From positions 1 through 64,000 of IMG/VR virus record IMGVR_UViG_3300031998_000052: a stretch of 64,000 nucleotides of DNA, one strand, 5' to 3'. The DNA is from a virus (taxonomy: Duplodnaviria > Caudoviricetes). The notes beneath the pieces are model-generated. The model was not told the origin of the DNA. It searched no databases and was given only the letters and a program-made list of their open reading frames with translations. The position numbers and the translations under genes were made by a program. Shown here one piece after another: positions 40,646 through 52,600 of this stretch. The first letter of the stretch is position 1, and each line of letters opens with the position of its first letter.

Positions 40646-41890
40646 CTAATTGAAGATTAAGGTGTTACCGTTCTCGTCAACGAAGATGTCACCGTTCGAG
40701 TCGATGGCTACATCGTGGGCTGGCTTGATCTCGCCCTCAGCCTGGATCTCCATCCAGGAATCATTGTAGGTCTTGCCGATTCCAGTCTTCTCGATCATGA
40801 AGATGGTCTTCTGACCCTCGTTGTGGTACAAATGCTGTTTGTTCACGGTGTCCGTGTACCATTCGATCTTAATGATGCTCTCAGGCTCCTCCACCACTTT
40901 GCCGTCAGAGGAGCACATTACCTCGTCGTAGCGCTCCGTGTCGCTCGGAAGGACGCTCGCGCCGTTCATAGGCACTGGGTTGAAGTCCTGATAGACGCGG
41001 TTCACGCTGAACTGCAACTGCGGGTTCGGATGGTTGCTGTTCGACAGCACGGCGCGCACCAGGAAGTCCTGTTTGGTGATGAGCCGCAGATCCAGGACGA
41101 TGGACGAGTTGCTGATGCTCAGCACCTCCTTGTTGGCCGCAGCCGTTAGTTCCGTGAACGTGCTGGCCCCGTCAACCCGGTACAACTTGACGGTGAACCC
41201 GGTCGTGATGACCTCGCCACCCTTGTACACCTGGACCGGGATGGTGCGCTTGTATGCGTTCTCGTCAGTGGCCGCAGCCTCGGCAGCAGCACTGGCCATA
41301 ATCTTCCCGTGAGCCACCTTGTATTCGTACAGGTGGAGTTTGTCCTTGAAGGGATTGTACTGGATGATCTGGTCCTCGCCGATGCTGATGCTGAATCCGT
41401 CCTCAGACACGTCTTCCGTCGAGAGGATGATGGCATCCGTCTTGATTGGAATCAGCGTGCCCAGGCGGTTGTCAGCAATCACACCCTCGAAGCGCAGGCT
41501 GTACTGCTTGTCCGGAGACACGTTCTGCCGGATAGTGATGGCCCCACGGTAGTTGGTGCTCGAAGTGTCAATCTCGTACTTCGCATCACCGGCACCGTTG
41601 TTGCCCTGCCAGTCAGGATGCTGAGAGATCTCCACATCGTTCACGTACCAGTGCATCTCCGTCAGCAGCATGTTCGCATACTGATTGTGCCACGACCCGT
41701 CAGCAGCGTTGGCAATCACCTCCGGCCAGAACTGGGAAGGGTTGACCTCACGGTCCGGTTCGTACTGACTCTGCACATTTCGAGAATTGAACACCTGCAA
41801 AGCCGGGCGAGTGGGCGTAGTGCACTGTATGGAAACGGCTACGTTCAATGGAGCGTAGTCAACCCTGATTCGTTTCTTGTTGCTTTGCAT
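40646..41890 (-). CDS. tail structural protein
   Basis: 414 aa in the tail block. Confidence 0.6.
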   Translation of the reverse strand: MQSNKKRIRVDYAPLNVAVSIQCTTPTRPALQVFNSRNVQSQYEPDREVNPSQFWPEVIANAADGSWHNQYANMLLTEMHWYVNDVEISQHPDWQGNNGAGDAKYEIDTSSTNYRGAITIRQNVSPDKQYSLRFEGVIADNRLGTLIPIKTDAIILSTEDVSEDGFSISIGEDQIIQYNPFKDKLHLYEYKVAHGKIMASAAAEAAATDENAYKRTIPVQVYKGGEVITTGFTVKLYRVDGASTFTELTAAANKEVLSISNSSIVLDLRLITKQDFLVRAVLSNSNHPNPQLQFSVNRVYQDFNPVPMNGASVLPSDTERYDEVMCSSDGKVVEEPESIIKIEWYTDTVNKQHLYHNEGQKTIFMIEKTGIGKTYNDSWMEIQAEGEIKPAHDVAIDSNGDIFVDENGNTLIFN

Positions 41891-41894
41891 ATCT

Positions 41895-44800
41895 CTATAT
41901 CGTTAAATTGTATTCAGTCTGTGTTCCGTCGTTCACAAGCGCCCTGATGGTGAACAGCGTGCTCACACCAATGGTGGCCAGGTCAGAGTATTGCTGCGTG
42001 TGGACGATATCAATGTTACCGGCGAAGTTCTGCACCTTCGGGAGAAGCGCCCAGGCCGCATCAGCCGCCGGATCACCGGAATCCCTCTCAATCTCCCAGG
42101 CCACTACGTTCGCGGTCTTGTCCTCCCAGCCCTTGTACACCGTGCAACTCACGTGCAAGGTCTCACCGTAAGCCAGCGTGTCCATGCCCTCCGTGTCAAT
42201 GTCTATCCGGTACGGCAGTTCCTCGAACTGCTTGATCACGCCAGACATGTAGATGTTGTTCAGGTAAGCCGAATACCCGGACATGTTCAGGCCGAAGATG
42301 TTCAGGTTCGACAAGTCACCGAACTGGGCACCGATGTTGTTCGCCGTGAACTCCCAAGAGTTGACCGCCTTCAAGTAGCGCTCGTAAGTCCTGGTGCTGT
42401 AACGGGACGTCTGGCGGGTCGTGTCGGAGAAGTTTCCGTAGGCCACGAAGTGCATCTGTGCGCACGGGTGGTGAGTGGTTGTCCAACTGGCGCTGGCCGG
42501 ACGGATAGCGTAGCGGAAGCAGTGGTTATCCTGGGCCAGAATCTCGGTGACGCGGAAGTAAGTGGTATAGAAGCCAGAGAAGGTAAAGTTGCCAATACCG
42601 TCATCGGAATCTGCGAGAGCGTTGGTCTGCTCATTGATGCCGTCGTGGAAGATACCCATGCAGATGTCATCCAGAGCGACCAGACCAATCTCGCCTTCCT
42701 CCAGGTGGAGGTAGATGATGCCGGTATTCAGCATGTTGCCGTTATCGTCGTAGTCCGGATAGACCTGCTCGATGATACCACCGCCCGGAGCACGCCACTG
42801 GTTGCCGACCTGTACGGATGTTCTGTTATAGCGCAGTTCGGGAACCTCCAGCCACTTACGGAGCGTCAGGGAGTCCAGTTCACCGTGGCCAAACTCGTCG
42901 ATATTACCTCCCATGCCGGCCAGCCCTTCCGCGTAGTCACCGAAGGAGGTGCCGGCGGCCATGTTGATCTTTCCGACAGCCGTATCCTCATGCTCCCTGG
43001 ACAGGTAAGATTTCGTCATCGCCCTGGTCGCAGCCTGGGCCTTCTGTACGATGTTGTTTACGTTCGCGATGATCTGCTCGGGGGAAAGCGCTTCGGAGCC
43101 GGAAGAGCGCCCAAGCACACTCTCGGAAAGAACCACCTCGACGGTAGGCAGCATCACGGTGTTGTTGGCCCACGTGATAGTCATGGACCGGATGGCCAGT
43201 TGCAGAATCTCACCACCGGAGAAGCGAGGATCGTAAATCTCCATCACCGCGCCGGTCTTGAGTTTGCTCATCAGCGTCTCTTCCTCATCCTGGGCCAGCG
43301 TGTTGATACGGACGGTATCCAACTGGACCGCCCATGTCGGGTTAGCATAGGACTTTGCGTCCAGGGCGTTCTGCTTGTTCTCGTTCACCTTCTTCTCGGC
43401 CCACTCTACATAGATGTGGGGCATGTCGATTCCGGTGAAGAAGAAGTGGTCCCCGGCCACAGGCTTCGGACTGGTAGCGTTCGGGATATATTTACCAGTG
43501 GACTCAAAGTCTGCATCAGACTTGGCCAGCACCAGGCACCACTCAGAAGAGACGCCATTGAGCGTCTTGGAGCGATCCACTGTAGGCCAGTCCACAATGG
43601 TGAACTCATAGTCGCTGCTGGCCGACATCCAGCCATCAGAGAAAGTGATCTTCGCCTCGTTGCCAACGCGGTCTCCCAGGATAGGCTCCCAGACGCGCTT
43701 CATGTACTCAAGGTCAGTCTCGTTCTGTCCCTGGGTGGTCTGCCAGATGTTCTTTACCCAGATCTTGAAGGTCATGGGGTTGTCACCGGCATCAGAAGCA
43801 TAGGACGAGATGAGGCGCACGTTCTTGATGCCAACCTCGCGGATGGTCATCTTGTCATACGGGTATGCGTTGATGTACGCCTCGATCTTGAGTTTGTACG
43901 TGAAGCCGCCCATCAGGGCTGTGATGGGGAACTCAGCGTTGTCGCTCGTGCGTATGGCAGTAATCTTGGAATACTGCGTATTGATGGAGCAGGAATAGGC
44001 GTAGTTCGGGTAGGAAAGGCCGGACGTGTCGGAACCGAGATGCCAGTTATACCGGATCTCGCCAACGCGGTTGTTCGGAACCTTGAACTCCGGGCCGTAG
44101 AAGGTATGGGACCTGAGCGTGTTTCCGGACGCGAAATTGTGGTTGACAACCATGTCATCCAGGCTGGTCTCCTGCGAGGCGCCGCCGTCATCGCCGTCCG
44201 TTATAGTGCCAATGGCCACCGTCTCGTCAACGCGGCCCATAGGGTTTACCGTAATACCCTGGATGGTCGGATAGATGGTGTCATCGTCCTCCAGTTTGCC
44301 CTGGCGGACTCCGTATTCGGCTATGGAATCATCATCCTTGACATATTCTACCGGAGAGAACTTCGTATCGGTCAAGCCCTTCTGGTATGCCCAGTGCGAC
44401 TGGACGTCGTAAGGCTCAGGAGTGGACGGAACCGGATAATCCGGATTCGCCGGTCTGTTCGGGTTGCGGAGCCATCCCTTCACATAGTAGCGGAAGTTGA
44501 TGTCAAGCAGGCGCTCGAAATATACGTTCTCCAACTCTGCGCAGGCGTCAGGGTCCGGGTCGAAGGCGGTGTTGTTCGGGTCTGCCTTCTTGAAGTACCG
44601 GTAAGGCAGGTTCTGCTCGCCACCACGGCCAAGCAACTGGTTGTAGATGTCGGCATCCTGCAACTGGCGCTCAATCTTGGTGAGGCCACCAGAGTATCCA
44701 TACTGGAAGATGTGGCCCTGGATGGTGTCAACAGTTCCTCCAACATGGATGATGTACTTCTGGTAGGCTTCACTCCACTCAATGCGCCAGATGAGTCCGT

Positions 44801-45317
44801 ACACGTCGTAGATGGCCGGTAGAACGTCCCACAGATAGGTGTACTCAATCTCGACCTCCTTTACCTCCGGATCAAGCGTAGTTCCGGAATCCACCTGAAT
44901 CTCGAAGAGGTTCCCGAAGTAGTAACTGAGAACACGATTGAAGGCCGTGATAAAGTTCTGTGCGTTCAGCCTCAGGGAGGCAATGTACTTGTCCACAATC
45001 ACCGTACCAACCTCCACCTCGGATAGTTCGATGAAGAAATATCTCTTCAGCTCCGAGATTGGATAGGACGTGAAAGTGAGGTCGATGACGGAGCACCTGG
45101 TTGTATTGTCCTTCGTTGCCTGGGGTGTGTGTGTGTTCAGCGTGAACTTCTCGCCGTTGTACTCAACCCACCATTCCGTACCCTGAAAGTCCGGAACCAC
45201 ATCTCCGTCAATCCTCACCTGCGTAGTAATAACGCGATCACCCATCTCTTCAAAAGAGACGGTCGCTTGCGTCAGAGTCGCATAAGAGGGGAGATGTTCA
45301 GTTATTCCAGGAATCAT
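41895..45317 (-). CDS. large tail-tip / hub protein
   Basis: 1140 aa immediately after the distal tail candidate, the usual siphophage position. Confidence 0.65.
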   Translation of the reverse strand: MIPGITEHLPSYATLTQATVSFEEMGDRVITTQVRIDGDVVPDFQGTEWWVEYNGEKFTLNTHTPQATKDNTTRCSVIDLTFTSYPISELKRYFFIELSEVEVGTVIVDKYIASLRLNAQNFITAFNRVLSYYFGNLFEIQVDSGTTLDPEVKEVEIEYTYLWDVLPAIYDVYGLIWRIEWSEAYQKYIIHVGGTVDTIQGHIFQYGYSGGLTKIERQLQDADIYNQLLGRGGEQNLPYRYFKKADPNNTAFDPDPDACAELENVYFERLLDINFRYYVKGWLRNPNRPANPDYPVPSTPEPYDVQSHWAYQKGLTDTKFSPVEYVKDDDSIAEYGVRQGKLEDDDTIYPTIQGITVNPMGRVDETVAIGTITDGDDGGASQETSLDDMVVNHNFASGNTLRSHTFYGPEFKVPNNRVGEIRYNWHLGSDTSGLSYPNYAYSCSINTQYSKITAIRTSDNAEFPITALMGGFTYKLKIEAYINAYPYDKMTIREVGIKNVRLISSYASDAGDNPMTFKIWVKNIWQTTQGQNETDLEYMKRVWEPILGDRVGNEAKITFSDGWMSASSDYEFTIVDWPTVDRSKTLNGVSSEWCLVLAKSDADFESTGKYIPNATSPKPVAGDHFFFTGIDMPHIYVEWAEKKVNENKQNALDAKSYANPTWAVQLDTVRINTLAQDEEETLMSKLKTGAVMEIYDPRFSGGEILQLAIRSMTITWANNTVMLPTVEVVLSESVLGRSSGSEALSPEQIIANVNNIVQKAQAATRAMTKSYLSREHEDTAVGKINMAAGTSFGDYAEGLAGMGGNIDEFGHGELDSLTLRKWLEVPELRYNRTSVQVGNQWRAPGGGIIEQVYPDYDDNGNMLNTGIIYLHLEEGEIGLVALDDICMGIFHDGINEQTNALADSDDGIGNFTFSGFYTTYFRVTEILAQDNHCFRYAIRPASASWTTTHHPCAQMHFVAYGNFSDTTRQTSRYSTRTYERYLKAVNSWEFTANNIGAQFGDLSNLNIFGLNMSGYSAYLNNIYMSGVIKQFEELPYRIDIDTEGMDTLAYGETLHVSCTVYKGWEDKTANVVAWEIERDSGDPAADAAWALLPKVQNFAGNIDIVHTQQYSDLATIGVSTLFTIRALVNDGTQTEYNLTI

Positions 45318-45328
45318 AGGTCATAGAG

Positions 45329-45832
45329 TTAGGATCCGGAGCCAGAACCGGGCTGTGCTCCTCCAAGATTGAAGTTGCACAGGCTCGGCTTATTCACGCG
45401 GATTACCCACTCTACTACCACAACATCATGATCGTTGCCCTTGCTGTCACGCCAGAACTGGGCGGCCAAGGCTATCGGCTTCGGGTATCCCACGATAAGC
45501 ACCTTCTTGTAATCATTGTAGAAAGACACCTGCTTGAAGGTCTTGACTCCATTGGAGTCAGCCGTGTACAGGGCGTCGTTGAAAGCCTTGATTACGGTGT
45601 TGGCGTTGTCCAGGGAACCGTCGGCCTTGACGTAAAATTTCACTTTATAATCAAACGGAGCATCAACCGTCTTCGGGATGATGTTCTCGCCTTCCTGCTC
45701 AGGGTATGTGGTCGTGTCGAAGTCCTTCACGTCGGCGCCCAAGCGGAGGTCCGACGAAACGTACCACAACTTGTAACCGGCGATGGAGTCTTTTATCTGA
45801 CCGTCTCCTATTTTAATTCGGACCGTGAGCAT
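45329..45832 (-). CDS. distal tail (Dit-like) protein
   Basis: Position after the tape measure gene; beta-rich; ends GGAQPGSGSGS. Confidence 0.55.
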   Translation of the reverse strand: MLTVRIKIGDGQIKDSIAGYKLWYVSSDLRLGADVKDFDTTTYPEQEGENIIPKTVDAPFDYKVKFYVKADGSLDNANTVIKAFNDALYTADSNGVKTFKQVSFYNDYKKVLIVGYPKPIALAAQFWRDSKGNDHDVVVVEWVIRVNKPSLCNFNLGGAQPGSGSGS

Positions 45833-46193
45833 GATGCAATTTCTTTAATTCGCAGTTTTCACACTGGCTGTCCAGTTCATCCTCGTGACGAAGGACGGGG
45901 CAACCATCGCCCTCGGCAGTGTACTGGCAATGATTAGCACGACGAATGGACTCGCGCTTGTCATCCAGTTTCTTCTCAAGGTGCTTGTTGTACTCCCGCG
46001 TCTTACGATTCTCGATATCCTGGTCCGCGATGTACTGTTTCTGCATCTCAAGAATCTGGGATACGTTCTGGAGAACATCTGCCTCCTTCTTCTGCTTGGT
46101 CCGCCAGATGCTTGCGAACCATCCCAAAACTGCTGTGACTGCTGGTAATGCTACATCTCGAAGCACATCCAGTATGATAGGACTTCCTTCCAT
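45813..46193 (-). CDS. single-TM coiled-coil protein (holin-like candidate)
   Basis: VALPAVTAVLGWFASIW followed by a coiled coil and Cys pairs. Confidence 0.45.
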   Translation of the reverse strand: MEGSPIILDVLRDVALPAVTAVLGWFASIWRTKQKKEADVLQNVSQILEMQKQYIADQDIENRKTREYNKHLEKKLDDKRESIRRANHCQYTAEGDGCPVLRHEDELDSQCENCELKKLHHAHGPN

Positions 46194-46676
46194 TTATTTG
46201 ACCGCTTGATTAAAAGTGATACACTTCATGTCATCGGAGTCCTCGCCATTGACGGTATTGGAACCAAAGACATACAGAGGGACACGAGTGGTCGAGCCGT
46301 AACGGTGGGCACATTCTACACTCATCTCGCAGCCATTGGCAAAATAAAGCATCGGGATAATCTGCTTTTCGACGTTAAGGCCGGTTCGGATCGTCCCGGT
46401 GCAGTTGTGGAAGACATAGACCTGCTGGGCGTCAAGCACATCGCCGTCAAAGTGGTGGTCGATGAATACACCGGCCAACTCGCAATCGGCAAAGTGCTTG
46501 CGGAGGGTTTCCATACTCGGATAGCCCTCCTCAAGCGCCCAATCTATCGTCTTTTTGTACAAGCCAATCGCTTCTACCCTTGATTTAACCTCCTCAAGGG
46601 CATCGCGATTCTCCTGGCACATGTGGTGTGCCGAAGCCTCACGTCGCAACTGTCTTTTCCATTCGTTATCCATCAT
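46194..46676 (-). CDS. hypothetical protein
   Basis: Start moved to the ATG at 46676, 4 nt after TATCTTTG. Confidence 0.6.
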   Translation of the reverse strand: MMDNEWKRQLRREASAHHMCQENRDALEEVKSRVEAIGLYKKTIDWALEEGYPSMETLRKHFADCELAGVFIDHHFDGDVLDAQQVYVFHNCTGTIRTGLNVEKQIIPMLYFANGCEMSVECAHRYGSTTRVPLYVFGSNTVNGEDSDDMKCITFNQAVK

Positions 46677-46696
46677 GGCACAAAGATACAAAATTT

Positions 46697-49600
46697 TTAC
46701 TTTGTTCCAACGCAATGAGTGTTGGTATTTGCGGCCTTCGGGGTGATCACGCTCTTGAGCATAGACCGCATATCTGCCAGGTTCTCGTCAATCCGCTGCA
46801 TCTGGCCACGGAACGTTTCGTCACCAAAAGTGCTTACGGAGGCGACGGGATTACTATTGGGACTGGTTGCAGGAGCCTTACCCTCGATGGCAGAACGGAT
46901 GGCCGCGACGTCTGCGCTGATGGTCGGCATATAAGACATATAGAAGTTCTGGGTATTGATACCGGCGGCAAGTCCATTTATGCTCTGCTCGGATGCACCA
47001 GCAAGTTCTTTTGATATGCCTGTAAGGCTGTTTCCTGTTCCACGCATGTTTATTCCGGCAGAAGCAAGGCGCTGCATCAGGGCCGTCAGTTCCGCGTTAA
47101 TCAATTCAGTCTTCTTTTCTGTCTCTGCGGCTATGGCGGCAATATCCTTTTCAGATAACTCCTCGCCCTCCTTTGACATCTTGTCAATCATGTCAAAAAT
47201 AGGCTGGAGTTGTTTCTGGACGATGGCGGCGGCCAGAGAGTTGATAACCATATTATCAATCATCTCCTTAAACTTCTCTTTAATAGCACCGGTCGTGTTT
47301 CCGAAAGACTTATAAGCGTCAATCCACGCCTCTGCAAAAGATTTAGCGGCAGAAGTGACATCTGTGCCAGAGAAGAAATTCGCGAGATCATCTTGCATTT
47401 CACGAATCTGCTCCTCTATCTGGTACTTCATATCCTCGTAACTCTTGGCCTTATCCTCATCAGCAGACTTGCCTTTTGCTCTTTCGTTATCAGCCATAAG
47501 TTGATAAGCGGTAGCGGTTGCCATTAGCTTTTCAAGGGAGGCATTATAGTTGTGGATATAGTCTGTTCCGAACGAGTCTTTAATAGCCTTTTCAAGTCTA
47601 TTGTACTCCTTCTCAAGGTTTTTGACTATATCTTGCTGGTTCTTAATTTCATCATCTAACTTCTTGACCTTCAACTTTTGAATGTTGTTGATTATAGAAA
47701 TTATAGACCCTGCGATATCAGCAAGAACGGCAAATCCATTACCGGACTTTAAGTCGTTCCAACCCTTTACTGCATATTTATTGAAGTCGCTCACAAAGTC
47801 AAACCACCCACCTATTTTATTCTCTTCTGACCGGACCTCATTCAACTGGTCTATGATTTGCTGAGTGGATGTGATTAGGTCGTTAACTGCGCGTACAACA
47901 AGTTCTATAATCATAATAACGGAAGCCGCCTCTGCACCAGCAGAAGCCATACCTTCTGCCATTCCTCCCATCGCTTCTCCAGCAGCAGCAGTATCACCAC
48001 CAAGTGATTGCATCAAACCGTCAAGGTTTTCGATGTTCTCCATGCTTTCCCCGCCAAAAGATTTCCCAAACGTCTTTATCATCGAATTAACCCACTCGGT
48101 CTCACTACTGCTTAGAGAATCACCACGCTGCATTTTGGCGGAAATAACCTGGAGTGTATCAGAATAATCCGTCATCCTTCTGATTACACCATCCAATCCG
48201 TCTTTCATATAAGAATGGAACAAATTTGCGTTCTCATTCAGTTTTTTGAACTGCTCGTCAACGGCACGAAGATTCCTTCTGAGTTCGTCTGCGCCAATAG
48301 AACCAGCCTTGAAAGCATCGAGATAGGCTTGACGAAGTTGCCCGCGAACAGTGGCCGCCTCTGTCGTCGTCATCATGTTTATCTCCGAGAAAAATTTGAT
48401 ATAATCATCACTTTCCTTGAAGATATCAAGATTCATTTGTCCCTCAAGCGCACGAATGATTGCTTCGGCCTGATCCCGCAAAGCCTTTTTCTGGTCCTCA
48501 GATAATTCCGGGTTTTTCAGAGATATAGTAAGAGCCTGGCGTATCTGAGTAATTTCATTTTCGGCACGTTTTCTAATTACAGCAATCTTCTGCACACTAC
48601 TGCCGTACTTTGAAACCATGTCAGCAAAATTCTTGACTATTTTTGCGTCCTGTTGCTGGGAATAAGAAGCCATTTCTTTGACAGATTCACGCCACTCCTT
48701 GCTGAACTTGTCAAGATTCTTCAATATGAAGCCCCAGTCTTGCTGCTTGATAGCAATACGCATCTTATCCCAAAGGTCATAATCAGATACGTCAAATGTA
48801 TTAAACGCTTCATTGAGCATCGTTTGAATACGCTCCTTCAAATCATTCCCTACATCGCCATAAACAGACACGGTTAAGGATGTGGCGAGTTCTGCATCGC
48901 CAGTAGAGGACAGAATATCGTTATAAAAATCCCTAACAATTTCTGACTGTTTTAATTCATCTTTCATTTTTATGAAAGCCGCCTCGAAATCAGCCTTCTG
49001 TTGAGACAAATCAAAATCGGTGCGTTCCTTGAAAATATCCGCAAGAAGGTCCTGCCAAGCCTTTAATGTGCGACTTTTCGTATCCTTCGCCAAGATAGCC
49101 TGGACGCCAAGACCGGCCCACGTTCTCCCACCAAGTTTTTGAATCTTTTTAGTTATTTCTTCTATGGTCTTGTCGTACCACGAAAGAACCTCTTGGCGCG
49201 AACCGCTCATTGCGTCAACATCAAAGCCAAGTGCAGCGCCACGGCCACTCATAATACCGCGAGTTTTTGATAAAGCCTCGCTATGTGCCATATATTCATC
49301 AAGGTCCTCGACGCTCTTTCGGAAGTCCTGTACAAACTTTGTCCTGTTTTTGTAAATGAGGATCCAGGGGTCCTGCTGATATCCACCACCTCCAGTAGAT
49401 TTCAACAAGAAGCCGTAAGTCTTCTGCATTTCCTCAAGCGCCTTCTTCTGGTCTTCAAGACTCGAAATCGTGGCTGCGATTTTTTCTTTGAGTTCAAGAT
49501 CTATCGTCTCTTTCAGTTGCTTGTTATAATGCTCAAGTTCCTCATTTACGGACTTGTACTTCCTCGACCATAATCCATACAAATCGACGATGGTTGTGAT

Positions 49601-52600
49601 GTCTTTTAGGTCCTTGTTTGAAAACAGCCCCATCTTCGAGAACGTCTCCTTATCGGAGCCACTAAAGGCCGACTCCATTAGATTAGGAAATAGAGACTGA
49701 ACATTCTTGGCGAGACCAGAGAAAACATCGGAAGTGTATCTTCCTCGCAACTCCTGAAAGTATTCATATATCGTCTGGAGATCCAGTTTGAAGTTCTCAA
49801 ACTCCTCCTTCGCCTCGTCACTTATATTCGGGTCGAGTTCTACATTAGCCAAGGACTCCACTTCCTTGTCTATTTCGCCGATTTTCTTATCTATAAGATC
49901 AATGACGTCGGTCGCATCGTCAAGGACGGAAAGTTCCTTTTCTGTAATGAGGTATTTATTCGCAGAATCACCCCTCAATTTTTCATTAAGGGCGACAAGG
50001 CTATAATACTCCTCTTGCATCTGATGAAGTTTCTCTCCAGCGTCTTCATCCACATCGATTCCAAGAAGAATACCATGTTCGTCCTTAAAATCGGAAGATG
50101 CAATAATCTCCTGTACATAAGCATCCAATTCATCCGGAGAAAGGACGGTCCCATCAGGAAGAATCGGCGTTACCATAATGTTATGCTTTTTCCCCTTGTT
50201 GTCCTCAAAGTCATAGACAGAGGAGAATACAGTGGCGATACCATCACCGGCGTCCTCCCAGCCCTTCTCGACGAGTTTCGCGGCGTCTATAATTGGACGA
50301 GCAAGAAGGTCCGCAGTCGCCTTTGGAAACGCAGCGACCATCTCTTCTCCAAGGCGCTTCATTGCGTCCTTATCATAAGTCTTCAACAAGAGTCCTTGGA
50401 AGTTATCAACAATGTCTTTCGCATAAACGCTCTGAGAAGCAAAGAACTCCTCCATCGCTTCAAGCCTAACACGCTCAGCAACAGCCCAATCGAGTTCAGA
50501 TTGAATCTGATCACGAATTTCTCCGGTCTGCTCCTTAATGGATGCCGATAAGGAATCTTCACGCTCCTTGACAGTCTTCTTTCTCTTTGCGATAGCATCG
50601 AGCGCCTCATCAAGTGTGTTCCATTTTTCGATTTCGTCGTCCGTGAAAATGGGAGACGTTGTGTCACCAACGGTAATGTCTCTCATTTTCTGAATTTGCT
50701 TTTGCCAGGCGTTAAGGCTACTTTCAATTAACTCCGGATGTAATATGCGGTTAAGCGCCTCAATTCGTTTGGCGAGTTTATCATAAAGTTCTTCCTGCTC
50801 TGCGATGCTAACATTGACATCATCAATATCTTTCTTCGCATTTTTCCACTCCTTCGAGTCCAGATATAGATCATTCATTGCCAACTCTCTTTCGAGTCTG
50901 GCGGCGTTTTCTGCAAGCCTCTGGCGTTTCTTATAGAGTTTCTCGATTTCCTTTCCAACCTCTTCTCTCTTGATGCGTTCAGCGTCAAGTTTCTGCTCGC
51001 CACGAAGCCTTATCTCCTCCTCTCGCTGAGTATTTAACTCGCGAAGTTTTTCAATCTGGACGTCAAGAGCATCAGATTCGTTGTCGATACCAATGCCAAC
51101 CTCAGGGAACTTCTCCTGCAATAAAGACATTGTTTGATACAAGCGCCTCGATTCCTTGTCGGTCAATTCCGTCTTGCTTGCAAGAATTTCATACCGAGTG
51201 ATCAGTTTATCGAAACGCTGCACTTCCTTCAATCCTGCCGATGTTCCCTCAATGAGTTCATCAAACTCCTGGAAACTATTGGCAGCATCGTCCGTTCTTT
51301 TTCTGAACAGAAATAGTGCCGCAGCAATGGCGCCAACGGCGGCAACGGCAGCAGCAACCGGACTTGCAACAACAGCAGCCCACAACTTCCAAAAACTACG
51401 TGTAAGGGCATTTGTCGCCACCCTCTGACGCATCAAGGCGTATGTATATGCGTTTACGTTTTTGATTCCACGAACGTTGGCAATAGACTGTGCCTCTTTT
51501 GCCGTCGCCTCCTCAATCTCTGCCATTGCAGCCTGCCTGGTCGCGATTCTCGCTTTTGTCGTTGCGGCATAGTATATGAGCCAGGCAGCGGACGCTCCTT
51601 CTATCAGTTTCGGGACGAGACGAAGGTTTTTGGCGAGGAAGTTTAGTGTTCCGAGAATTATGTTGTTATAAACCTCGAACGTCTTTGTATTACCAACGGC
51701 CTGCAAGCCAATATCATAAGCATCTTTCAGTTTCTCCCATCTACCAGCAAGGGTGGCGGCCTGTTGCTCCTGCATCTTGTAGAACATTCCTCCCTTCTCG
51801 GTTAGATCCTCAAAGATTTCTGCAATCATCGAGAACGGAACCGCACGCTTGGAAATAAGTTCAAAAACATCACTCGTTTTGACAACCTTACCGTTGAGTT
51901 CTGTAAACTTTTCAGCCAACATATCAACAAGCGGTATGCCAGCCTCAGTGAACTGACGGAGTTCCTGACCACGAAGCACAGAGGCGGCGCGAACCTGGCC
52001 GTAAGCAAGGATAAGGCGGTTCATGTCAACGCCAAGACCGGCAGATATGTCTGCAAGCCTCGTCATGGTGGAGAAAAGTTCCTCCTGTTCAATCCTGTAT
52101 GCGGCGAGTTGCTTGGTGTATGTAACCAAATCTTTGATCCTGAACGGAGATTCTATGGCGGCCGCCTTAATCCTCTCAAACAACTGGGCGCCGTACTCCT
52201 CGTCTTGGATAAGATGGCCCAATGCGACTCTCTGATACTCAAGTTCTCCGGTAACGTCTCGGATCTGTTTCGCAAACCGAAGCAGAGAATATATTGAGAC
52301 GTATGCGGCAAATTGTCCGGCAAGGCGGCCAAGTACACTCGACTGCCTTGCAAGAGATGCCGTGTAATTATCCGTTGCCCCCTTAGCCTTCTGCAACTCC
52401 TTCTGGACGCCCTGCAACTGCTTGCGCAACTGCTCATATTTGCTCGAACCAATGGTGGCTTTATTCAGTCTATCAGTAAGAATACGTTCCTGCTCTTGCA
52501 AAACACGAACCGTCTTTACCGTCGTATTAAGAATAGCGTTCTCATACTGACGAGCCTGAGCGCCCTTCTTCTTTAGATCAATAAGGCGTTTTTCCTCTTG

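Noticed and set aside
41991-44822. 943-aa plus-strand ORF, and similar long antisense ORFs (57902-59344, 31431-32657, 60765-61850, 26609-27493)
   Set aside because: They are shadows of real genes on the opposite strand, caused by GC-biased codon use. They have no motifs and run against local transcription.
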